Below are positions 13,076-26,626 of a stretch of 64,000 bases of DNA, piece by piece. Below the pieces are notes generated by a model, which saw only the letters and a list, made by a program, of their open reading frames with translations, was not told the origin of the DNA and did no database searches. The stretch is from Octopus sinensis. Taxonomy: Eukaryota. Within the stretch, counting starts at the first letter, position 1. Every line of letters begins with the position of its first letter. Location of the stretch: NCBI RefSeq assembly GCF_006345805.1, contig NW_021832232.1, positions 124,001 through 188,000 of the forward strand, written 5' to 3'. Position numbers and translations under genes: made by a program.

Positions 13076-13147
13076 GGGGATGTGGTCTAATGGTATGACG
13101 TCTGCTTTGCATGCTGAAGGTCCTGGGTTCGATTCCCAGCATCTCCA
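13076..13147 (+). tRNA. tRNA-Ala (anticodon TGC)
   Basis: GGGGATG/CATCTCC acceptor stem with the G3:U70 alanine determinant, TTTGCAT anticodon loop, GGTTCGATTCC T-loop, discriminator A. Confidence 0.88.
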
Positions 13148-13735
13148 TTTATTGTTTATTTCAATTTTTGCTATCGGGAAATATTTCCAGTGTCGTCAAA
13201 TCAGAGCGTTCTCAAACCATATGTGTTCTCGAAAAACACACTTCTCATCACATAGTTTTAGAATTTGGCTATTGGTGGGAGGCATCATTTCAAGCCCTTG
13301 AAAAATTCTTCAACTTTTGTCATAATTTTTCATATGTCGCTGTCAAACTCGACCATAAAACGGTTTTATTACCGTAAAGAAAGACAGAATTATTGAGGCC
13401 TCCATTAAAATAGGCTCTGAAATCACTCAGTTGTGGATCTCTACTTTTGCTGGCGAGCTTGCCTATTTGAACCAGTCCCCATTGATTCGGTCATCAATAA
13501 CACATCTCGGCTAATCCTTTTTCACTATTTTTTAGACTAATCTCTCAGATCCAAAACACTCGGAGTTACCTGAGCTTCAAAAACTGCGACTTGCCTAACC
13601 TGCAACTTGCGATAAATTAAAAAAACGAAATTTACAAAACTCATTTGTAGGTTTATAGCTCTTTTGCCGTGTAAAATAGTGATAATTGTCATTATTTTAA
13701 AGAAATTATTGTATATTTATTAAAGAAAATATTCA

Positions 13736-15386
<1,651 letters not shown>

Positions 15387-15965
15387 TGCCAATTAATTGC
15401 AGGACATTTGTTTTATTGTTTATATACAATTTTCTATTTTAGGAAATGAATGTAATTCTATATTAAGAAATTTTTTTGATTTAGCAATTGGTTAGATTTT
15501 TGAGAAAAAAATAACAAAAAAACCGTTATTTTCATTTTAATAAATAATATAAAAAGCCATATACCCTTCTTATTCAGAGAGAAATCTTTTTTTGGTAACT
15601 ATTTTTCATATTTATTTTTAAGCAGTTTTCCAGCTCGGAGTTGCGTTAGAATTTATAAAAATGAACATTTTAAAATTAATTTTTGTGATTAGCTAATGAA
15701 TTCTTTGACATATTAGCTATGTATGGTTTTCGGTCTTTGTAAAGATAATTTTAAAATTACCGACTTGAAAAAATTTCATGTTCGTTTTCATCAAACTTTT
15801 TAAAGAATTAAAATTTGAATCTATTTAACTATTTTTTGAACGATTGATATTACAAATATAAATATTTAGTTCCTTAATATCTTTTAATATTAAAGAAATT
15901 ATTTCTAAAAGAGGCTGGGATCACCTGAAATAGTTAATTATATTTATGACGGTGTTTTTGGTCCT

Positions 15966-17940
15966 AATAAATTATTATTATTATTAACGCAATCTCGCGG
16001 AATCAAAAAGTTAATTAAGATTCCACTTTTGCCATCCGACTCAGGATACGCTCTGTTAGTCGTATCCACGCTCCCCTGTTACGTGCGAGGCATCTCAGTT
16101 CGTCCAGATCATCGGCCGATTTCAGTTTCCTTTCAATCGACGTGAGTTCATGGTCGAGCGTAGTCGGTAATGTTGTTCTTTGTCGGCCCCTATATGCCGT
16201 TTTATTTAATGAGCAGAAGTAGGATTCCATGCTCTGATTGGCCGGCGTCATTTCCGAGGCTCTTAGGACATGTCCAAACAGCATCCACTTCGCGAACATC
16301 ACTTTCTTTGCAATCTCGGATGTATGGGTGATTCTGTAGAGTTCATTATTGGTCATCTTTTTTGGCCAGTGAATTCCCAGGAGTAGTCGTAGTTGTTTTC
16401 TGTGGAAAGAGTTGAGCTGCTCCAGTTCTTTAGCGGTTAGGCCCCAGGTCCCCGCGTTGTAAAGCAAGATTGGTTCGACAAAGGAGTTGTACAGCTGAAT
16501 TCGAAGGCGGGTTCCTATGTACTTGCGCCTCATCCAGATCGTCCACATTTTTTTGAAGGATGCAACAGCCAGCACTTTCCTTCGAATAACGTTCTCCGAG
16601 TCCCCAAGGAGAGATCCAACTTTCTTGCATGTTCTCCACTTCTCCTCGTTTCTCGTCCCCAGGCGGGATATGGTAGTTCTTTCCGTTTTGTCCGGGTTTA
16701 TTACAAGGGACCAGTCCTCCAACGAATGAGGGATCACTTTTAATAAGTTTTCCAGTGAGTCCTGATCTCGGGAAACGTAAATTACTTCCATCACGTTGGT
16801 AAAGCATTTATTCCTCCGAAGAGGTCTTAGGGCTGCCTCCAGGTAGATTATGAATAGAACCGGAGATAACGAGTCGCCCTGAGGTACGCCAGTGTCGGTT
16901 TTAAACTTCATCGAGGTATAGTTTCCCACACGCACAAATAGCGATGTGTTGGCGAGTACGAATCTGATCATACGTAATGCATCCTCATCTAGGATGCCTT
17001 CCAATACATGCATCAGCTTTTTGCGGTTGATTGTATCGAAAACACGGGATAGATCAATTCCAAGGATTGAGATTTCTTCTTTGTGTTTCTGGCACATTGC
17101 ACACAGCCATCTGTGGCTCCATACTACGTCTGCTGTCGACCTTCCAGGTCTGAATCCACTTTGACTCGGGTTTAGGAACTTATTTACAGGTCCTGAAATA
17201 CGATCCAGCACAACAAGGGAAAGTATTTTCCTTAGCGTATTCATTAGCGTAACCGGGCGTAGGCTGTTTAGATTTCCTTTCTCCTTTCCAGGTTTCTGGA
17301 TTGGGATTAAAGTGGCATTCCCCGCATTAAATGGGCTGTGACATTTGAACGTCCTGTTCAGGACTGTGCAGATCAACTCAACCACTCTGTCCGGCGCGTA
17401 TTTTAATAACTCTGCAGTCACGTTGTCTGGTCCCGAAGCTCTGCCATTTTTCAGCTTGCTCAAGGCTGAAAGGACTTCATAGCGGGTGATGTTTTTATTA
17501 AGTCCTCTGGGTGTTCCTTCGAATGGTTCCAGGTGGTCATTGATATTTAGTCGTCCTTTGTAACAGGCTGCAATTTTGTTTGCTGATTCTTGGTCATCGA
17601 TAATGATCTTTCCCGCATCATCGAAGATTACAATTCTTTCCGGTTTGGTATTCCGGGATAGTTTCTTGGCTGCAGCGAACATTTTTGCTCCATTTTTGTA
17701 TCGGTCGATGTCCTTTGCCAGGTTATCTAATGTAAGCCTAGCTAGCTCTTTGACCCTTTTCTTTATTCTGTATTTAATTTCGTTGCGTTTTCTTTTAAGA
17801 GAATCAACGAGGCCGGTCGAGTTTGACGATTCAATTAGGAGGCGGAGTTTCCTTTGTTCTTTTGCAAGTTTGTCTATTTTTTGTCAAAAGTCCCCTTGAA
17901 TCCCCTTGGACGATTTCCCAGTACCGTCTGTGCGGTCTTC
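15966..17940 (-). mobile_element. RTE-like non-LTR retrotransposon, 5'-truncated; RT lacks YADD
   Basis: 555-aa ORF with SGPDNVTAELLK, QSGFRPGRS, DLSRVFDT, GVPQGDSLSP, FGHVLR. (TAA)n tail near 15966-15986. Confidence 0.88.
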
Positions 17941-18014
17941 TTAACTCTGATCGAAATATGCTAATAAATAAATAAAAATAAAGAAATTGTTCGATCATTA
18001 CTATCATTTGATAT

Positions 18015-18375
18015 TAGCCTTTATTATGCAAAGGTGAATGTCGTACCTTTGGTTATTACGTGGGATGAAATAACATCTAAATTCTCAAACACTACCAGAA
18101 CTCCTTACAAGTCCAGGAATCTACGCGAGCTTATATCCATTCAATCGTGATCAAAAGAACATTGGAAAGCATGCGCCCGGAGTATAAACTCCTTCCTACA
18201 GCGGCGAAGCATGCAATTAAATCGAACTCGAGAACAACCACAAAAGTGGCCTGCCCTGTAAAATGGATAAGTGTACCCGTCGAAGACATTTGCTCGGGCT
18301 CGAAGAGGAGGAGAATTGACTGAAAGCAGACGCAATAATAAAAATCAATTTTATCTGGACTTTTCAAATAAATAA
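18015..18375 (+). mobile_element. 3' fragment of R4-like RLE retrotransposon
   Basis: AKVNVVPLVITWD...RAYIHSIVIKRTLESM; same 3' UTR as 990-1650. Confidence 0.7.
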
Positions 18376-18411
18376 ATTTTACTTAACCTTTATTAATAAA
18401 AAGAAACTAAT

Positions 18412-18414
<3 letters not shown>

Positions 18415-18453
<39 letters not shown>

Positions 18454-20503
18454 TACAAACAAGACAAAAATTACAGATAGCTAAGTTAGTTAAAGGCCTC
18501 ACGAGACACCCGACCAGCCGCGCGAATGGCGAAGACGTTCCCTCGGATCACAGCAATCGACAGACGTTCCAGGAGCCAAGAAAACTCTCTTGGATCGTGA
18601 CTAGTCCTTGAAATCCGTCGACCGAGCGAGCGAAGGAAGCGGAGTGTCTTGGGACCGAAGATCCGGAGGACTCCAAGGCAATTGGAGTAAAGAGCAGCGA
18701 GTTGGACAGGTGGCCGTACTTGAGAATCTTTCGCTCCTCGGCCTGCCTGGAAGCGTGCCCAGGATTGGCGGCGGACAGCGCGAGATTTCCCAGCGAGAAC
18801 GTGTCCGAGCAGGTAGAATCCCAAATAAGGGATTTCCCCTGCTCGTAGGGGAAGGTGGACATGCCGTCAGGGCGTTTGCCATCCCCTCTATCCAATCCAA
18901 CAGGTTCAAGGATAGACGGGATGCCTGCTGAGGCGAGGGCTCTCTGTACGACTGAGTTGAGTTCACTGTGACGGGGGGCACGACCGGCACTCCGCCGGCA
19001 AGCGAGGGGATGCAAACCGTACTCGTCAACAGTTCCCCACAACGGCATTTGTGCGACTGGCAGATTTTCAGCCCGACACGGAGGGAGATTGCAATTCTTA
19101 GGCATTCCTTGTCCAACAGGTTCCCGATGGAAGGGAGAGGGAGAGCCTTTAACCAGACACCGCTGCTTTCACAGCGACCTGCACGGAGGCAAGCGACACG
19201 GTGTTGATTGGAGACAGGAAGCAGGCCTTCGAAGATTGCCTGACAAGAGATTTCGTCCCATTGGCGCTGTACAGATTGAGAGTTGGGCAGCTTCGAACCA
19301 AACCGAGCCTCCCACCGACCACACGCTGCAGAGTAAACTTCAGACAATTTCCGTTCGGGGAGGTTTCTAAGAACGATGTCTGAGAGAGTACGAGAAGCGT
19401 GATGAGCGGATAGGAATGCCGGGAGGGCAAGATCGGAATAGGATCTCAAGCCAAGGCCACCCCAGCGCACAGGCAGGGATGCCTGAGTCCAGCCTGGATC
19501 GTCGAAAGCCAGATTGCAAAGAGAGCTCGTACCGAGCCTGAGGATATTGTCAAGGTCGGAAAGAAGGTCGCCTCTTTGAAAGCAGGGTGCACATCTTAGG
19601 GTGTAAAGGATCTTAGGGACGGAGAAGTGGTTTCGGAGGAGGAAAAAAGCCACATGAGGCTCGATGACTTTAAGCTTGTCGATCATTTGGATAAGTGGGA
19701 AATTTTTCCAGCGAGTGAGCATTCGAGGGCAGAAGGCCCCATGGGGGCACCGAGAATCGTAAGATTTGATTTGTCCGTAATCCGGACGTCTGAGAGAATG
19801 CCTCGGCACGTGGAAATTGAAGCAGTGAAGTCACTCGGATTTAAGGCAATGTTCACGATTTCGGATTTATTGGCGTTTATAGATAGGCCGATGTCCGAGA
19901 GGGAAGGGAGGATAGAACGAAGGTCGTCGAAAACAGCGTCGGGGGGACCGCAAATGGTTGCGTCATCCAGATACCATATGTTAACTGGGGATCGAACAGA
20001 GTGAGCGATACTGTTAACGCCCAAGGCAAAAAGGACAGGACCCAGGGGATCTCCCTGTTGGACCCCGGTGGCCGAAGAGATGGGAACATCGTCAAACATG
20101 AGGATACTCGGAGAAGCGTATGAGAGATGTACAAGGGGATAAGCGAACGGAACCAGTTCGCGACAGCACTCCAGCAGGTGGTCACGTCTGATGGAGTTGA
20201 AAGCGTTTGAGACGTCTAGTTTGACCATGATAGCCGACTGGGAAGATTCGATGAGTTCACGGAGAGAATGAACGGCCGCTTCGCAGCCGTTTGGGACACC
20301 GACCCCGAGTTGGGCGGGGAGAAACACTTGAGACAAAAAGGGGACAATTGCGTGGCACAGAAGTTTGGCAGAGAGCCTCCGAAAGATATTCCCAACGGCA
20401 ATGGGTCTCACGCCGTTGTCCTTTTTCCCAAGGGCAGTAAGGTTGGCGGAAAAGAAAATATCACGAGCAAAATCGGGGAGGGAACCGGAGATGAAGCGGT
20501 TGC
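18415..20503 (-). mobile_element. CRE-like non-LTR retrotransposon (RT + zinc knuckle + RLE), 5'-truncated, poly(A) tail
   Basis: RPIAVG, QLGVGV, DVSNAFNS, GVQQGDPLGP, WYLDD, GGLGLR, CRC..H..AC, RHSELN, KRPDG, LIWD. T-run at 18415-18447. Near-TSD aactaataac / aactaattaac. Two frameshifts. Confidence 0.9.
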
Positions 20504-20529
20504 AACTAATTAACTAAGTAATTTTTCCA

Positions 20530-20820
20530 AGTTCAGAGCCTTCGAAGTGAGCAGAGGATTGCACTCCACGCACATCCTCCCCTTCTTCCTTCTCTTCTTT
20601 GGCAATGTAGACCTTCGAGAAGATGCAGTCCAGCCCCTCGCGGACTAAACGTCAGGAAAGGGCTGGATCGGCGAGCATCAAACAAGACACTCTCCAGAGT
20701 CCTCTTAAGAACAGCTGTCTTAAGTACCGCTTGTGGTATTTGGTGACCAGTCCTAGCTCGTTTGCAAGGAGGTCATACTTCCTCCTTTTCTCCACTTCCA
20801 ATGTCTGCAAACGGTCTAGG
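20530..20820 (-). mobile_element. R4-like RLE fragment with internal deletions
   Basis: Minus strand reads LDRLQTLEVEKRRKYDLLANELG..LVTKYHKRYLRQL. Confidence 0.65.
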
Positions 20821-21077
20821 CACGATCATTTGATATAAGAATCGAATAAATCATATTTTTGATGTTGGGACCAATTAAAACTTAGAAAAGTACAAAAAGT
20901 AAATTTGTTTTATAAAATAAGTTCGTAGTTTTAAAAAATAATTTTACTGCATTTAAAAGCAATAAAAAATCAGTTTCCTCATTTTTAGAAACAAAAATTC
21001 TAGTCATTTTTGAAGTTTTTAAAAATAAAATATTTTAATATTAAAAAAATATAATTATTTGAATAATTATTAAGGTT

Positions 21078-22170
21078 ATGGGGAACTCAAGGCTTGTGCA
21101 GGTTTCAAATGTATCACCAATGGTCGATAAAGACCAACTAAGATCATTTTTTTCTTACATAGGAAGAGTATCCAGAATAAAAATATATCCAGAAAAGTAT
21201 TTTCTGTTACTTTAAATATTCTGTTAGACCAACCAAAAAACAAGCCTTCAAAGTTGCCTATGTAAAGTTCATGGACGAATCTGAGGCTGTGATGGCTCTC
21301 CGACTGACCAAAACAATTCTTTACGACCACTCTATGCGGATTAACCTCATGGCTGACAGTATATCCCCCCTCTAACCAAGATTCGATCCCCACCGAACAA
21401 GATGCCTTCAAACTCGCAACTTTGGTCGATCCAACCGCCCGTTGGCCCAACTTTGTCAAAAACACTGTATTTTTACCTCAGTGATTTTCAGGTGATCAAA
21501 ACAGGTGATTCAATATCCTTGGTGAAGACCCATGACCCACAGCTTGTCAAACTTAGACTCCCTGAATATCCAACTCTCTCCGCCCTCACCGACACTTCCG
21601 TGGTGGAGGAAATACGGAGGACTGTCCGTGTGTCCAATTTTAAAGTCCCGGTTTGTAAATTCCGTTTTTTATCGAAAAGGTCGATCGGGATTTGTTTTTG
21701 CAGTTTTTTATAAGGGCTGGAGACATTTTCTATGTTAAATTCCAAGAGAAGCCTCAAGTGAGTGCTCTTGTGGAATATCTCCACCAATCTTCTGTTCCGC
21801 TGGCTCTTAGTTACAACAAAGTAATATTCGAAGGTCTCCCGATCAGGTTTGTCTTTGTCACCAAAATAGCGTCACTCATTCTAAAATCGCAATTTATAAG
21901 AAACCGTCTGATTTTTCTCTGGCAAATTCAAATTCTGAACGTGAATTGTGGTGATGATTTGTAGATTCCAATTCCCCGAGTAATTCCAGTCCAATTCACA
22001 AGCACAGTAAACATAGGAAACGTTCACCCAGTCATTCAAAGTTAATTTTGTTTGTGATTGGTAGAAGGCGTCGATCGTCGAGTGGAGGCAGGTCGGGAAA
22101 ACGGTCGAGTTGTGTGTTTATTGGTAGACACAAGTCATCGAATCACAACAAAGATGTGGATGTATTATAG
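21078..22170 (+). CDS. SREK1/SRSF11 (Srp54)-like splicing factor, two RRMs, spliced
   Basis: MGNSRLVQVSNVSP..QLRSFFSYIGRV..KVAYVKF..VMALRLTKT and KTHDPQL..PEYPTL..EEIRRTV..AGDIFYVKF match the Srp54/SREK1 family. The 3' end is less certain. Confidence 0.8.
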
Positions 22171-22624
22171 AAAGACTGTCTTGACAATTTATTGCTCATT
22201 TCTTTTATTCTCTTGTTTATTTTTCTCAAGTTGATGTGGGTTAATTACAGATCCACATGATTAGTTAGGCAAAAGTGACTTTCGTTGTTTTTAATTTGGA
22301 CAAAATTTTGTTTTTTGTTTGTGTTTTAAAGTCAGGTATGAACCATGATGATAACTTGCTGACTCTATCATGTCCAGGAGGGCAGATATTTTGATGTATT
22401 AGAAGACCTAATAACACGGAATGAATGTGTCTCGGTAGATTGGAATTCTCAAATAGGACTCGTGATCTTTTGGATTACGGATTCCTAACGGCCAATCAAG
22501 TTCTAAGATAATCTGAAAATAATCTGAAATCAGTGGAAATCTAATATTTCGAAAGTTTAGTTAATGTTCAGAGTATGAACAGGAAATCTGAGGACTATCA
22601 AATTTGACAAATGGAATGAACTAT

Positions 22625-22790
22625 AGTCTACTGGGATAAATTTTCCGCCTCACATCCAACTTAGTGTGCTCAGAAGGCTAAATCCGCCGCAAAGAAGGCT
22701 GAAGATACAAAACTGACAAACTACTTCGGTTTTTCGGATACGTTTTGCGTGTAAACCAGGGGTTCTCAACTTTTTTTATTCGTCGAATTG
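22625..22790 (+). mobile_element. Small CRE-like fragment followed by a lone hAT/Buster terminus
   Basis: 22625-22752 matches 50090-50210 (aaatccgccgcaaagaaggctgaagat). caggggttctcaac at 22757 resembles a Buster TIR. Confidence 0.55.
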
Positions 22791-22802
22791 TCATTACATG
22801 CA

Positions 22803-23925
22803 ATTTATTTTTATTTATTTATTGAACCAGAAAACCACTGTCATAGCCAAAAGAAAGAAGAATTCAGGTGATCCCAGCCTCCCTCAGCAGTTCGCGCAGC
22901 CTCTCCCGATGTTCCGCCGTTGTCCCGACGCATTTTCGGTACGGACGGGGATTTTCAGGACGAACCTCTCGTAGATGGATTGCAGATGACTTTATGATGT
23001 TGTTCCAGGCTTTTGGGATAATCTCTTTATCGGAAAAAGTATTTAGCAGGTTTGCCGCTTTCAACCGAATTTTGTCGATTTTTGATTGATTGTTTGCACT
23101 TAAGTTTGTTCCCCAGATTCCGCACGCATAGCCAATCGTAGGTTCCAAGTATTGATTATATATGTTGTTTAGGCCATATAGGCCTTTGCATTCTCCTGCG
23201 TTCTTCAGGAAGGCATTCAGGAAGTTAATCTTTCTTGCACCCGCCATAACTACATTTTCGACGTGGGTTGAAAAGGTTAGAAAGGTGTCGAATGTAACTC
23301 CAAGTATAATTTCCCCGTCTAACTTAGCTTCAATTGAGACTTTCCCAAGCCTTCTGTTTTTCGTAAACAGAGTCAAAATAGATTTTTCCGGACTTGCCTC
23401 CAGTTCGTTTTTATATTGCCATGAAATCAGATTGTTGAGGACAACGATCTGTTATTAATATATGCAGACGATATTCCTGTATTCTATCCGTTGCTTTTAT
23501 TATGCTCACATCCCTTGATGCGACGATAATATCGTCTGCATATATTAATAACAGATCGTTGTCCCCTTCTGGCTGTGGAATGTCGTTCATCATGAGATTG
23601 AATAAAAGTGGAGATAATGGAGAACCCTGAGGGACCCCATTTGGTAATAGTCTCGATATGGAAGATCTGTTTCCACAGCAAGCCCTTCCCCGACGGCCGC
23701 TCAGGAAATTCCCAAGCCATAGTTTTAGATTCGTATCAATATTTGAGGAATAGATCTTTTGTGTGAGTATTTTCCTTGGCACCGAATCGAAAGCCTTCTT
23801 TATGTCGATCGAGCAGACAATGGATTTTTCCTGTTTAGGTTTCTTGTTTAGACCGTCTGATATAAACTTCATTAAAGCATTTAGGTGTGTACAGTTGATC
23901 GCCCCTCTTTGAATCCATGTTGGAA
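22803..23925 (-). mobile_element. Jockey/I-group RT, 5'-truncated, (TAAA)n tail; same family as 62000-63110
   Basis: CSIDIKKAFDSVPR, GVPQGSPLSPLLF, YADD, ILGVTFD. Tail at 22803-22823. Confidence 0.85.
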
Positions 23926-24544
23926 ACTGACTTCTGGGAGGAGGGAGCGAATCAAAGTCATCACCATTCTCTCTGAATGCACGACAGTTTCCATAATGTT
24001 GGAATGCAATGAATATCTGCTTTTTAGTTTTAGGAGGTACACAGATTACAACTCGGTTTGAACACCCACAAAACACTAATTATTTATTCAAAATATTATT
24101 TCTTAGTTCATTCATCTCTTCACTGACTTCAAGTTCTCCGCTTCTAAGCTGCTGACAAGCACTCTCTACAAATAAAAAAAAGTTACCCTAACACATAAGA
24201 GCACATTCGTGGGGTGTAATACACTTGCTGACATACGATACACCACCCCTTTATACCGCCCTGAAATCAGCAAAGTCATCTCATTCACAATATTAACAGG
24301 AGAGACACTTCTCCCACAAACACGGCAGCCTCACTTTACCTTGTCTCTAGTAATTATCTCGGCTCTATTCTTTAGGACGACTTCTTTATATACAAATACA
24401 TTCAGACAACCTTTCTATCTCATCGTTCAACTTTGAGGTATCCAGTCCGAACTGGTTGTGAAGCAACTTCCTGACAACTCAATCAAAGTCCTCCTAGGTG
24501 TTTTACACTACTCTACAAACCTTCTTTTCAGTGTAGTATATCGA

Positions 24545-25460
24545 AACAAAGTCATTTCTCAGTGATAATCGGAGAAGTCATAATGGATAGAAGAATACTT
24601 CACGGTGATTCCTTATCACCCCAAATCTTTGTCGATATTGCTGAATCCTCCTATATTTTACCGCACGGAAATAACTCACCGAGAACCGAGGAGTTTGTGT
24701 TTCTCATACAAGACCGTAATCTATCTTCGACAATGCTGGAACATTGTCACTGTAACTCAGTCAGGAAGACAGTTGATCACTCTGCAACAAGGTGTGGTAA
24801 ATGCTAAATAGTGACTACTTACGAAGACACAACGAGGTAGTAAAGTGTATACATTCTATTTATGCAGGGAGTATGTAATCCAAGAGGTTGAAAACCCTCT
24901 CTGTTCAGTTAGTGGCTCGAATAACTCTTTGGAGATTCGCGTTGAACGAAAATAAGTACGAATATGAAGGTCGAGAATAACAAGCCGGACATCTTCATAC
25001 TCAACAAAATGAGGGACACAATCACGATTATGGAGATTGGGATCGCCTCTCAAAAAGGCCTGAGACAACCTGAGGTGAAAAAGATCCATAAGTACGATTT
25101 TCTGCTAGTGAACTAAGAGTAATCTACAACCATGGGAAAATGTTGTGAGTAAATTTTATAAACATCACTGCGACTTAATCTTCCTCTAAGGACCCATACA
25201 TGCCTACATTCAGTCGGTGTTAATCCAGAAAACATTGAACATAAGTTTGGAATAATCCCACCGGAAGAATGTCAAAGGCCTCGGTTTACAAAATAAACAA
25301 CGGAGTTTGTCAAATGTGGCCATTGAGTCGGACTTGAAATCGGCAACCGAAGAGGCCGCCCCTGTGAGATGGATACCCTGATTGGCTTTGACTCGAAAAG
25401 GAGAATTTACTAAAAACAGACGCATTAATTAAAAACAAAAACTAATTTTATTGTGACTTT
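24545..25460 (+). mobile_element. R4-like RT-RLE element with large internal deletions
   Basis: RRILHGDSLSP (RT), GNNSPRTEE..LIQDRN, CHC..KTVDH.ATRC, RHNEVV, NNKPDI; shared 3' end. Confidence 0.75.
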
Positions 25461-25485
25461 AATTTTATATTATTATCACAAACCA

Positions 25486-26261
25486 ATGTGTGCTTTTACT
25501 GCTTGTTTAGGGCAATTAAATTTAATTTTATGGAGAAGATTATCCTCGACATTATACAGACGAGAGTTGATAAACAACAATCCCAGGTACATCATGCACA
25601 CCCCGATTATAAGAAACCTAGAAATGATGGGAATTGCTCACAAAGCAGGAGGTTGGGAACTGCAGGCGGATAGCAAAGGCTACTGGCATAAGTAAAAAAT
25701 GCATGTTTAAGCATTCGTAGAATCCGATTAACTATTTCCAGACGAGACACAGTCGCCGAAGTACTCCACCACGGTCGGTGTGTGATATCAGCCTCCACTC
25801 AAGAGAGTGCCATTAGTTCGCAGATTGAAAGTCGCACGAACATCCACGCAGTATCCGTTATTGCCCAAGTGCTTGTACTCCGTTGTCTACAAAGTGGACT
25901 GTACTGTGCGCATGCCTCTATTCGCCCCAAAACTCCCAAAGTTAGTATCAGACTGAATATGTAGAATGTCATGTTTATGAACGAACTTAAAAAAGGAGGA
26001 CTTTTATTGTCAGAGCCTAAGCCGTTTGTTCCTGACAGAATTCCTGGCATTGACTCGACTAAATCTCCTACTACTCCACCTGTCGACGGGCCGTACAGTC
26101 GGTGGGGTACTCTGATCTCCGAGAGCATGCAGAACCGAATGAGGAAATCCAAATTCCGTAGAACAAAAAGAACTCGTTCCATTCTGGAGAATCGGAATGT
26201 GGCCGATATTCAGGCAGTTCCATATCCTACTTTTATTGCTCAACATAATAAAAGTCTTTAA
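25486..26261 (+). CDS. MRPL18: Mitochondrial ribosomal protein L18 (uL18m) with C-terminal extension
   Basis: NNNPR|NLEMMGIAHKAGGW..GYWHK..VISASTQESAI..RCLQSG..KKGGLLLSEP matches MRPL18. Intron at 25587-25613 plus further mini-introns. Confidence 0.85.
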
Positions 26262-26626
26262 TGGCGATTAGAATGCGTGAAACTATGTTTTAATAAAATA
26301 AATAAACTATTTCTGGCGAATATTTTTTCTTGTCACTGGTCAGGGAAAGGTGACTATCACTGGGACCAGCTTTTCTCCATGACAATATTTTCGTGAATCT
26401 ACAGACTGATGAGCATAAGTAACTCTCGTCGATAATCTATTTCGATAACCAAAATGCAAATCGTGGTATTTACTAATATAAATAGTCACAACTTGAAATG
26501 AAAATTGTAAAATAAATTAGTTAAAATGATATCTGAATAGACAACGAATCAAAATAGTTGTTTTGTCATAGTAAAACTATTGCCATAGTATTTAAATTAT
26601 TTGAGTGACATTTATTAAGGAATTGA

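Noticed and set aside
18486-20513. Many overlapping ORFs on both strands
   Set aside because: A by-product of GC-rich CRE coding sequence with frameshifts.
24130-24540. Coding-like minus-strand remnant
   Set aside because: Too degraded to assign; probably transposon debris.
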